From Octopus sinensis (lineage: Eukaryota): a stretch of 64,000 bases of DNA. The stretch lies in contig NC_043000.1 of the NCBI RefSeq assembly GCF_006345805.1, forward strand, positions 85,188,001 through 85,252,000. Direction: 5' to 3'. Positions 26,896 to 37,870 of this stretch are shown piece by piece (position 1 is the first letter of the stretch; every line of letters starts with the position of its first letter). A program made the translations under genes and the position numbers. The notes below the pieces were generated by a model. That model was not told the origin of the DNA. It saw only the letters and a list, made by a program, of their open reading frames with translations, and ran no database searches.

Positions 26896-28111
26896 TATAT
26901 ATATATAATTATTAAAGTGAAAGGAATTTCTCATCTTTATTGAAAATTATCAAACTGATGAGGATTTCCATTTCTGCAAAAGTTTGTTAAATATTAGCAT
27001 TACTGATTTTTAGTTCAAACTGCATCAACTTTAAAATGGGGCGGCTGTTTTCAATTTATTTCATGTTTGTGTCAGTTTATTTCTAAAACCTTTTAACATT
27101 CAGATTACTCTTTATACACATTGTTTTGAATTAATCATGCATTGTCTCATAGCTTCAAGATTTCAAGGTTATTTTTAGTAGAGTAGGTGTGGGAGGCTGG
27201 ATCTCACTGGCTGATTTTGAACATAAAATGGATAGAATATTTGGACTCGATATGGTCTGTTTAAATGTTTAAAAATAATTTTTAAAAATATCATTTCTGG
27301 ACTCTTGTAAGATTTAAAATATTTTTGCTTCAAAGATTTGACTGCATTAACATTTACTATGATATTCATGATAAGAATTATAATACTTTCTCTTTCTGTC
27401 TGATACTGTTTATTACTACATTTTAACCATTTTATTACTACATTTTATCTGAAGAAATCTCTTTGATCGTTAACATAATAAAAGGTGAGATATGGTGTTG
27501 GACTAGCTTCATGGATTGCAAGGCCAAACTCACAGCTGGTATTTCTCTTTGTTTTTGAGACAAGCACTTTAATGCACCTCAGCTCACCTGGCTGTCAAAA
27601 GTCTGTAGACTGCAAAAGTTTTGCCTCATTTACTTAAAGTAAATAACTTATTAGGAAATGGTTAAGTTGAATTGTGTATTTTTCGCTTTTAGTATTCTAT
27701 ATTTCTAAAGAAATATCAGGAGAAACAAATGTAACTGTAGTGTAGCAATATAAGAAATCTATACAGATATCTTCAGAGTTATTTAAGCATGAATTCTGTA
27801 GTAAAGATTTTAACAAAAACAGGATATCTATATAGAACATTAATAGCTGCCAAAAATCAAAACTGGCTCAGTCTGACCAGTGAACTATCAGATAAAAAAT
27901 TGTGTTGTGAATAGAAGCACTGTAAAATTGACAATCTTTTATTAGCTTACATCTCATCTCATAGGTGTGGCTTGAAAACAGACAACCACCACTCCCTCTA
28001 TAAATTGTACAAAGATATTTTTGTAGCATCCTTATATCCCAATTTGCTATTTGTGAATTAATCAAGTGGGGTTGTAATTAGTAGTTGTATCACATCATTA
28101 TCATTCTAGTT

Positions 28112-28702
28112 CAGTGGTTCTCAGCTTTTTTTTCTTTTTGCCTATGGACCCCTTTGACTCCTATTTTACTCAGATGACCTACACCCCCCACACCATTTTA
28201 GGTTATCATAATTTTACATTTCTATAATTGAATATTATTAGAAATTGTATTAACAAAAGAATTTTGTGTAGAGTAGCAGTATAACCAATTTATTCTTTAT
28301 CTTTGTTTCGATCATTAGACTATGGCTGTGCTGGGGCACTGCCTTGAAGAATTTTAGTTGAACATATTAACGCTAGTACTTAGTTTTTTTGTAAAGCTTG
28401 GTACTTATTCTGTTGGTTTCTTCTGCCGAACTGCTAAGTTACAGGGACATAAACAAACCAACACCAGTTGTCAAGAGTTGAGAGGGGAGGCACACACACA
28501 ATGGGTGTCTTTCAGTTTCTGTCTGCCAAATATATTCAGAAGGCTTTGAACAGCCTGGGGCAATAGCAGAAGACACTTGCATGAGGTGCCATGCTGTGGG
28601 ACTGAACTCGGGACAATGTGGTTGGAAAGCAAGCTTCTTACTACACAGCCACGCCTGCACATAAATTTTAAGTCTTATCTGGACCCTGGTTGAGAACCAC
28701 TG
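28112..28702. mobile_element. hAT-type MITE containing a nested family A SINE (28295-28660, minus)
   Basis: TIR CAGTGGTTCTCA / TGAGAACCACTG; 8-bp TSD TTCTAGTT/ATCTAGTT; same family as 12033-12327. Confidence 0.85.
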
Positions 28703-29334
28703 ATCTAGTTTAATAGATTTTTTTAAATTCTCCAGGTTGGGCATGGTTTGGATTTATAAAACTGTCTATGAAATACTTCAATTTCGTTGTCTTAAATATC
28801 TCCTTATTACTTATTTATTAAGCAGTATGTTTTCACAATTAAATGCTATAGTATTTAACATTTATATGAAGCAACAAGTTATATTAAAACTGCTGGATTA
28901 CATTGGAGTCTTCTTCTAAAAACTAATTACTGCTTCTACAGTTAATTTCTGATAAATTCCTAATGTTTACTAGTATTTATCTGAAAGAGAAACAATAGAA
29001 TAACTTTTTTTCTTCCAATTTGGTATTTCTTTAAGATACATAGTTTTTTAAATTGTTTGAATCTTACAATCAGAGCATTATTTTGGTTCCTCAAAATACA
29101 GTTTGGTTTGTGTCTTCATGATTTGTGTATACAAATTGTTGTTTAGCTACCTCGGGTTATTTTTATTAAGCTAACCTAAGATTAAAGACTTTCCATCTAT
29201 GACCATTTCTCTTTTTTCCCAGTTCATTTTTGTAACATTAAAGTATTATTTGAGGGAGATTTAGTTGCTATATCTAGTTATTCAAGTAATCGTGGTGGCT
29301 TCTCTGTTAGCTGCTTTGTATAGATGAATGTTCT

Positions 29335-29690
29335 TTATCTTATCTTTTGTTTCAGTCATTGATCTGCAGCCATACTGGGGCACTGCTTTGAAGCATTTTA
29401 GTTGAATGAATCATCCCAGTGCTTATTTTTAAAGCCTCAATCTCTTTTACTGAACTGCTAAGTTACTGAGGACATAAACAGACCAACACCAGTTGTCAAG
29501 TGGTGGTGGAGAACACACACATACATATGCACATATAGTGGGCTCCTCTTTCAATTTCACTTTACCAAATCCACTCACAAGGCTTTGGTCAGCCCAGGAC
29601 TATAGTGGAAAATACTTGCCCAAGGCATCACACAGTGGGACTGAACCTGAAATCATGTGATTGAGAAGCAAACCTCCAACCACACTGTCA
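29335..29690 (-). mobile_element. Family A SINE, CR1-type tail
   Basis: Colinear with 23262-23640. Confidence 0.8.
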
Positions 29691-29984
29691 CATCATCACC
29701 TATGTCTTGGCTTCACGTATTAACCAGCCCGAGTCAGAATAATTGGTAAAATTTAATTCTTGGAATATCTTGTACCTGTATAGTCGAGCAAATTGAGACT
29801 CCTAAATTTCATCCCTGTCTGCAGTTACCTTTGTTGAAGCTGCTATTAGTGACTTCCAGAATGTGACATGAAGCTGGTGGGTGGCCACACCAGTCAATTT
29901 GAAAGTCATTAACTCTTAATTTCCATCCCATTTCATTTGGGAAAGGGGTTTCTAATATTTCCTCCACACGGGTGAAATATACCT

Positions 29985-30535
29985 ATCTCATAATTAGCAC
30001 AGATTATGTGAAATAGAGCTGATAATTAGTGTAGATTATGTTAAATAGACATGCCTGATAATTAGCATAGATTATGTTAAATAGACATGCCTGATAATTA
30101 GCATAGATTATGTTAAATAGACATGCCTGATAATTAGCATAGATTATGTTAAATAGACATGCATGATAGTGTAGATTATGTTAAATAGACATGCCTGATA
30201 ATTAGCATAGATTATGTTAAATAGACATGCATGATAGTGTAGATTATGTTAAATAGACATGCCAGATAATGAATGTAGATTATCCTAAATAGACATGCCA
30301 GATAATGAGTGTAGATTATGCTAAATAGACATGCCTGATAATTAGTATAGATTATGTTAAATAGACATGCATGATAGTGTAGATTATGCTAAATAGACAT
30401 GCCAGATAATGAGTGTAGATTATGCTAAATAGACATGCCAGATAATGAGTGTAGATTATGCTAAATAGACATGCCAGATAATGAATGTAGATTATGTTAA
30501 ATAGACATGCCTGATAATTAGTGTAGATTATGTGT
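29985..30535. repeat. Minisatellite, ~16 units of 32-36 bp
   Basis: Consensus TAGATTATGTTAAATAGACATGCCTGATAATTAGCA; 16 AGATTAT cores counted. Confidence 0.95.
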
Positions 30536-30567
30536 AATACAGTTTATAGATTGTGTAATATAAACAT

Positions 30568-30955
30568 AGCATGACTGTGAGGTTGCAAAGCTTGCTTCTG
30601 AAGCATGTGGTTTCAGGTTCAATCCCACTGCATTGCACCTTGAGCAAGTGTCTTCTACTATAGTCCTGAGCCAACCAAAGCTTTGTGAGTGGGTTTGGTA
30701 GAAAGAAACTGAAAGAAGCCCATTGTGTGTGTGTGTGTGTACTCTTGACATATGATTGTAAATGAGCATCACCATCACACAAGCAATGTTCATTTCCAGT
30801 CTTCCATGAAAAACCTGTCTGACCATGGAAAATATTACCCAGCTTGGAAACCGGTGAGGGTTGGCAACTGGTAGCTCATCCAGCTGAAAACCTACCTCAA
30901 CAAAAGTCCATCTGACCCAAATAAGCATAGTAAAATGGACATTAAAGGATGGTGG
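30568..30955 (+). mobile_element. Family A SINE with RTE-type tail
   Basis: B-box GGTTCAATCCC; tail ...AAATGGACATTAAAGGATGGTGGTGAT. Confidence 0.8.
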
Positions 30956-31913
30956 TGATATGTGAAATATATCTACCTGATAATCAGTATCTATTGTTTG
31001 AAATAGACCTTGTTAATTGTTAGATGACAGTAGTTTGTAGGTGCAATGGATTAGTGTAGTTGTTGTAACATGATTATCCCATCAGTGATCCAAATACTTC
31101 TTATAGTTAAATCTGCAACAACTTTATTTTCCACTGCAGACTCTCAATGGTACATGTGTAACATTATGTTGGCTTTAACCAGGGTACCTTGTTCTGTGGT
31201 AAACTTTAGTGGTAATGAGCCATTATAGCAAGTCTTGAGTTAAATATCAATGCTTCACATGTTTACAATGAAAACCAACTTTGCACACTGTTTAACCTTC
31301 AATGTCACTAACTTTCTTTGTCACTGTCTTTTGTATTATTTTCTTTGTTTTGTTACTTCAAATACTGTAAGATTCTGACACTTGATTGGGTTACAGAAAG
31401 CTTTGTTTTCTGTTTCACTCTTTAAAAAAAAAAGGATGGATGTAAAGCTATGGACAAGAAATACTTCTGCATCTAACAAGTCTCACTTCACCTTATCTAG
31501 CACAACAAAACCTGAAGACAGATGTTAGAGATCAAATACATTAACACTACTGTTAGAGATCAAATACATTAACATCATACAAATAATGTCTCGTCCTTCT
31601 CGTCACACACACACTCTTACTCTAGCCTAGATGTCTCCTTCATCTTTCTATATCTTCTTGTCTTGCCATTATTCTGTTCCACTACTATTTATTTGAATGG
31701 CAGAATATAGATTCCTCTGGTGGGAAATATAGCACTTCCCCACTTTTTTCACTTGCTTTTCAAACTGTAGGCTATGAATTTCTGGTGTCTCTCCTACATC
31801 CTGAAATGTAACTAGTTCACCATCTAGTTGGGCTTATGCCTCTCCCCCTCACCTGCACAATGTAACATTATGAAAGATATTAAAGGAAGGCAGTATGTTA
31901 TGTGGAGATATAT

Positions 31914-32149
31914 ATTTTTTATTTCTTTATTGCCCACAAGGGACTAAACATAGAGGGGACAAACAAGGATAGACAAAGGGATTAAGTCAATTACACTGAC
32001 CCCAGTGTGAAACTGGTATTTAATTTATCAACCCCGAAAGGATGAAAGGCAAAGTCAACCTCAGTGGAATTTGAACTCAACGTAACGGCAGACAAAATAC
32101 CGCTAAGCATTTCGCCTGGCATGCTAGCGTTTCTGCCAGTTCGCCGCCT
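31914..32149 (-). mobile_element. Young family B SINE with 13-bp TSD
   Basis: TSD TGTGGAGATATAT at 31901-13 and 32150-62; CpGs retained; tail differs from other family B copies. Confidence 0.9.
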
Positions 32150-34179
32150 TGTGGAGATATATCTTAGGTAGACTCAACATGACACAGATATAAATCCACC
32201 ATTTAATTAATATCCATGGTACGTGCTGGCATAGGTTGGATGGTTTTACAGTATCTGATGAGAGCAAGGACTGCATATGCTCAGAATGTCTGCTTTGGCA
32301 TGGTTTCTAAGGCTGGATACACTTCCTATGCCAACCACTTTACAGCATGTACTAGGAATTTTTTTTTTTTTCATGCCACCAGCACTAATGAGGTCATCAT
32401 GCAGCTTGCTACTCTAATCTCCTAGCTCAAAACCACCTTTTAGAGTGGTTTTGTGCTTGGAGATTTAGAGGTTAAAGTATGAGAGAAGGGGCCAGAGTAG
32501 AACAGGTTTCTTGTTGTAAAGCAGCTATGTAAAAGAGAATGGAGGTCAACAGGGTGGAACTGGACAAGATGAAAATAGTAGTGATGAGTTGTCTGGATAG
32601 ACTCACAGGTATGAGGTGAGGAGAACTGAGAATGTTGGTGGGTTGAGGTTGCAGGAGTGTATGGGAAAGTGAGAGATGAGAAATGGTTGAAGGGATGAAT
32701 ATAATGAAGTGCTAGGAATGATAAATGGGGAAGGTAAACAAGAGTAGGTGACTACTGTAAAGATTAGCTTGTAGTGAAAAGTAGATAGTTGGGGAACTAA
32801 CTAGATTTAAAGCAGATATTATACATAATTCAGCTTCATTTTCATAACAAGAAAAAGTGACAAATTGCAAAACACCGTTTAGTTTTTATAGTGATGCTTG
32901 TTTTTATTTCACAAAAGGAAGTGGGGGTGGGGGCTTGAATGCTCAAGTTTCCAATTTAAATTACTGCTGTCATGCAATACTGACATACTGCTAAACCATT
33001 ACTGTAAACATGAGATGTATGCCATTGTAAATATTGCTGTAATGTTTTGTAAACAAAATTATGATTCATAAGTAAGCACTTATCAAAATAGGATATTCAT
33101 TTTAAGTTTATTTTCCTGGTTTTTCTGAAATCCGAGAAGCACCAATAAGAACTATAATCATAACTGATTTTGACACTTGTTCACTGTGCAGCAAACCATA
33201 TTTCTACATTATGAAAATTAACTCTTATTGTTGAAGTCAACAAATTGTTATAAGAGTTTATATATCTGAAATAATTCTTGTTCGAAACAGTGGATCTCAA
33301 AGCAAAGTACATAAAGCTATAAATAATACCATGTAAATATTGGGTTTTAAAAGTGAAAGGCTGCCTCTCATATCTGCAAAATATGTGGGTTCAAGTCCCA
33401 CAGGTGTCCTTTCCTCAATATTTACATGCTATTATTTATAACTTTATGCTTCAAGATTCACAGTTCCCAAAAAGAATAATAAAATCATTTTTCGTTAATG
33501 GAATAGCATGTGTAACTCAAGTTTGACTTTTCCTATCAATAAAGTCATATTTGCAGGCATGTTGGTCTTCAAACCTTTTATCTGGTACAAGATCACCTCT
33601 TCCCCTCACAAAAGATCTTTGTCTTGCAAGTTACTTGGTGACCTTGCCAGTGCGCCACATAAAAAGCATCCAGTCCACACTATAAAATGGTTGGCATTTA
33701 GAAGGGCATCTAGCTGTAAAATCCATCCCCAAACTATCCTAGCCTGTGCTCATGCTACATAAAAAAGCACTCCTTCTACTTTGTTGGGTGGTTGGTGTTA
33801 AAAATGGCATCCAGCCATAAAGACCATGCCAAAACAGACACAGAAACCTGGTGCGGTCTTCTGCTTGGCTCCTGTCAAACCATCCAACTCATGCCAGCAT
33901 GGAAAACAGACATTAAACAAAAATGATGATGGCAATCATGATTGGTCAGTTGCATGGCTAAAAGTATGACTTCTACAAAAATGTGGAAACAAAAAAAATA
34001 ATAGAAAATCTTTGGTTTTCAATAATTAACATCCAATTTTTGTTGCTGGGGATAATCAGATTTTTCAAATTTTGTGCTATATGCATGCCTGACTATTCTG
34101 TATGGTAGCCAACTCTGGACTCTGAGCAGACCAGCTAGAAAATAAATGCATCCCATGTCATAATTCAATATTCCTCATT

Positions 34180-34620
34180 CTCCATAGTTGTTGAAATACA
34201 CTCAGAGAAGAATCTCTTATCAGCTCTATGAAGTTAGTGTCTCGAGACATCACTACAAATCCAAGGCATCTGAATCATAGTTACCATCTTGGCCAAAACA
34301 TCCAATTTATCTAGGCTTAGAATTGGATGTTATTGGACATGAGAACAAATTGTTGGATGAGAGGATGAAAAGCCAAGCCCTGAAGTTCATCAGAGTTGAT
34401 TGTGTGAAATAGTGCTCTGCCTACATATGTTGTGGATAGGAAGCTACCAATCCAAGAAATAGGAGACAGATGCAACTGAAAGCTTTCCTGATGTCAAGAA
34501 CAACAATATTACTTTCCCTGAACTCCTCGTTGGTGAAAGCCCACTGGTGGAGGCATAGGAGAGTGGTTGTCGAGTAGATCTGACGTTACAAAAGTTGCAT
34601 TAGTAATCATTAAGGAAAGA
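34180..34620 (-). mobile_element. Old CR1/Jockey-type RT relic
   Basis: Minus-strand ESNIVVLDIRKAFS resembles the RT motif xLDxxKAFD; otherwise degraded. Confidence 0.5.
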
Positions 34621-35097
34621 GAGATGGTATGACATTGTTGTCTCTATCACCTTTGAGGTAATAGTAGTGAGGTTGACTTTCTTATATAATCATTATTATT
34701 TAATGTCCATTTTCCATGCTGGCATGGGTTGGATGGTTTGACAGGAGCTGGGTAGCCAGGGAGCTGTCTAGACTGCAATTGTTGTTGCAACATGGTCTCT
34801 ATGGCTGGATGTCCTTCCTAGTGCCAACCACTTTACAATGCTGAGTGCTTTTTACATGCCACCAGCACCTGTAAAGGATATATTTTGTACGTATGGATAA
34901 CTGCAATTTTACATATATATATATATACACACACACACAGATACGATGTAACATAGGGGTAAAAATAAGAAGCATGAAGTCATATTGAAGGGTGGTATAT
35001 GTGAGATTAGTTGAAATGATAGAAATAGAAAATAAACAATTACCACTTTATATATAGCTTTATAATATATATATATTATATATATTATATATATATA

Positions 35098-35140
<43 letters not shown>

Positions 35141-35772
35141 ACACACACACACACACACAAATAAATCAGCACTCTGGTTACAATGATGCATGTTCGAGTT
35201 AAAACATGCAAGTGTGCAAGTGACTGAGCACTCCACAAACATGCATACCCTTAACATAGTTCTCAGGTAGACTCAACATGACACAGAATGTGATATGGCT
35301 GGCCCATTGAATTACAGACTCAATATATTTGAATGTAAAGTTTTATACATACATAATGTTCAACAATTATATGAAGGATTTTATAGAATAGAGCAAAGTC
35401 CATCAGATTCTCCAGTCAAAAGGAACTAAATGAGAATTAGAAAGGTGAATGTATCAGAATGTGACTTAGTTTATTATAATGAGGAGGAGGGTATGGTCAC
35501 CAAGTTAGATCATGCACATGTAGGATTATCCATAACTCAAATATACACACAAATATGTACACATAGAACACACATGAATGTGTATAAAAGCTATTAAAAC
35601 ATATATAACTATGCATAGCATCCATCTAATAATCATTCACACAAATATATAGAGACTTCTCATAATAGAAAAGTGAAAGAATGTCAAACATAAAACACAT
35701 CTTGCATACAACTGGTGATATAATGAGAATTCATGGTAATAAAGGTGGGTGGACAGTAACATATATATATAT

Positions 35773-36088
35773 GCAGGTGTGGCTGTGTGGTAAGAATCTT
35801 GCTTCCCAACCACATGGTTCCGGGTTCAGGCTGACCAAAGTTTTGTGAGTGAATTTGGTAGATGAAAACTGAAAGAAGCCCATTGTGTGTGTGTCACCGT
35901 GTCTCGTTTGTCCCCCGCTGCCACTTAATAACTTTCCCTGTAACCTAGTGGTTCAGCAAAAGAGACTGATAGAACCAGTACTAGGCTTTAAAAAAATACA
36001 TCCTGGGATTGATTTGTTTGACTAAAGCCCTTCATGGCAGTGCCCCAGCATGGCCGCAGTCAAATGACTGAAACAAGTAAAAGAAAAG
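35773..36088 (+). mobile_element. Family A SINE, CR1-type tail (internal deletion)
   Basis: GCAGGTGTGGCTGTGTGGTAAG head; tail GTGCCCCAGCATGGCCGCAGTCAAATGACTGAAACAAG. Confidence 0.85.
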
Positions 36089-36276
36089 TTATACTGTATT
36101 TTGCAGCATAGTCAGTGCTGCATTATCAGAGAAACATTCTGATTTTGTAATTGTGATTCTAGAAAAAAACAAGTTTATACTTACCCAAAGCCCTGTCCAC
36201 ACAGTCTGACAGTGCTTGGTAGGCACACAATAATTGCCTGTTATCAAACAAAATTGTTGAGTGAAATCACCTTTGT

Positions 36277-37870
36277 TGTGGCAAGAGTCATTGACACCTC
36301 TGGAGGGATTGGAAGAGCGGACTAGCCAAACTCTTAAGCATGCCAACAAGATGTCAGTAGAAGTCAGTGTGTTAGTTCCTCGTTGAACTCGCACCAAACC
36401 TAATGTGTTGGCGCAAACTGAACTCACACCGAACCCATAAGTGTCCATAATGGTAGTTGTTCGAATTACTGAGTGCTGGTCCTGTAGCTAGAATGTGGTA
36501 GAGGTTCAATTCCCTTGCTCACAATATATCAGATAAAGCAGTGCAGTGTTAACCAGCTAGAGGAGATGTCTTCTTGGGGTTAAAAAAATCACACTAAAGT
36601 TTGTTCGAGCGAAAAACAAGTGCTTAGCACAATGAAAAACAAGTGCTAACAAGAGTGCTCAGTACAAAGAAAATCAACAGTGCTGTGTGCAATTAACAAT
36701 ACTACCCAAGAGTCAGGCAACAATTATGTTACATCGGGCAATGAGTTGTCAATGATATAAACGTGGCGACAAGGTATTCGAAGCTTGTGTCAGGCATTAA
36801 ATTTTTTTTTTTTTTTTTGGTACGAAGTCACAGGAAAAAAATCATTAACATGAAAGACTTATTGGCTTGCGTGGTGCAGTTGCAACAGCAACATCAGCAG
36901 TTACAGCAACAACAAGAATACCAACAGCTACTGGAAGTAATGTTGAAGAAGTCTGAAAATACTTCAGGTTCGTTCTCGTCAGACAGCCTAGTAAACTCAA
37001 TTGAACATATCACTACACCTCCATATCACCCAAAATCAAATGGGCAAGCAGAAAAGGTTTGTGGATACATTTAAAAGAGTATTAAAGAAATCAAGAAACA
37101 AACTAGCCGATGACAAAGCATTGACACAATTCTTGAGGGTTTATAGGATAAATCCTAACCCAAACATTTTTTCAGGCAAGTCGACTGTGGAACTAATGTT
37201 TGCTCGAGAAATAAAGCAATTTTTGGCAAGCTGTTATCAGTAAGAAAAACAAATAGGGAAAACACTAAAATTACAACAAAGTATTTTAATATTGGTGACA
37301 GTGTTTTACAAAATATATAAAAATGGAAGACAAGGTTGGGAAGATGGAATAGTAACAAAAATAATAAGCAAAATGACATATATAAGAGGTGTATTGGTGT
37401 GAACTGAACTAGCACTGAACCCATAATGGTGTCCATAGTTGTTTGAATTACTATGTGTTGGTCCCGTAGCTAGAATGTGGTAGGGGTTCAATTCCCCTGC
37501 TCACAATATATCAGATACAGCTGACACAAAGACATTTAAACCAGCTAAAAAATATATGCAAAAAAAAAGAGATACCCCTGGAAGTGTTCTTTGACACCTT
37601 TGATGTTCCAATACCACAAGAAAGAGAAAACACAGAATAGTTGGGAGTAGTGCCTAAATGAAAGAAATATTAAACTTCCCTAGGAGGAAAATCTCAAAAA
37701 GGGAATGTGATGAAAGAAAATAAATAATAATATTAACTTCCAACGGAAGTCAATCTCAAAGGGGGAGATTGTGGTGAGAGTCAATGACACCCCTAAAGGA
37801 TTGGAAAAAATGAATGAGCCAAACTCTTATAAAGAGTAGCAACAAGAGGTTGGTAGGGGTCATTGAGAGG
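36277..37870 (+). mobile_element. Internally deleted Ty3/gypsy (K02A2.6-like) LTR element
   Basis: TGT-starting LTR-like segments at 36277 and 37770 (~95 bp, roughly 70% similar); PBS-like TGGCGACAAGG at 36764; PPT AAAGGGGGAGA at 37758-68; integrase motifs between them. Confidence 0.8.
36850..37243 (+). pseudogene. gag N-terminus fused to an integrase C-terminal fragment (frameshifted)
   Basis: MKDLLACVVQLQQQ...SLVNS|IEHITTPPYHPKSNGQAE(R)FVDTFKRVLKK...FLRVYRINPNP; +1 frameshift near 37055. Confidence 0.75.

Noticed and set aside
29985-30535. CRISPR-like periodicity
   Set aside because: No unique spacers, eukaryotic context and no cas genes; it is a minisatellite.
33109-33234. Cadherin-sounding peptide YFPGFSEIREAPIRTIIITDFD
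   Set aside because: Ends in a stop with no credible donor; motif spacing is wrong for an EC.
35773-35830. tRNA genes at SINE heads (many copies)
   Set aside because: A/B boxes only, no cloverleaf, and they run straight into SINE cores.
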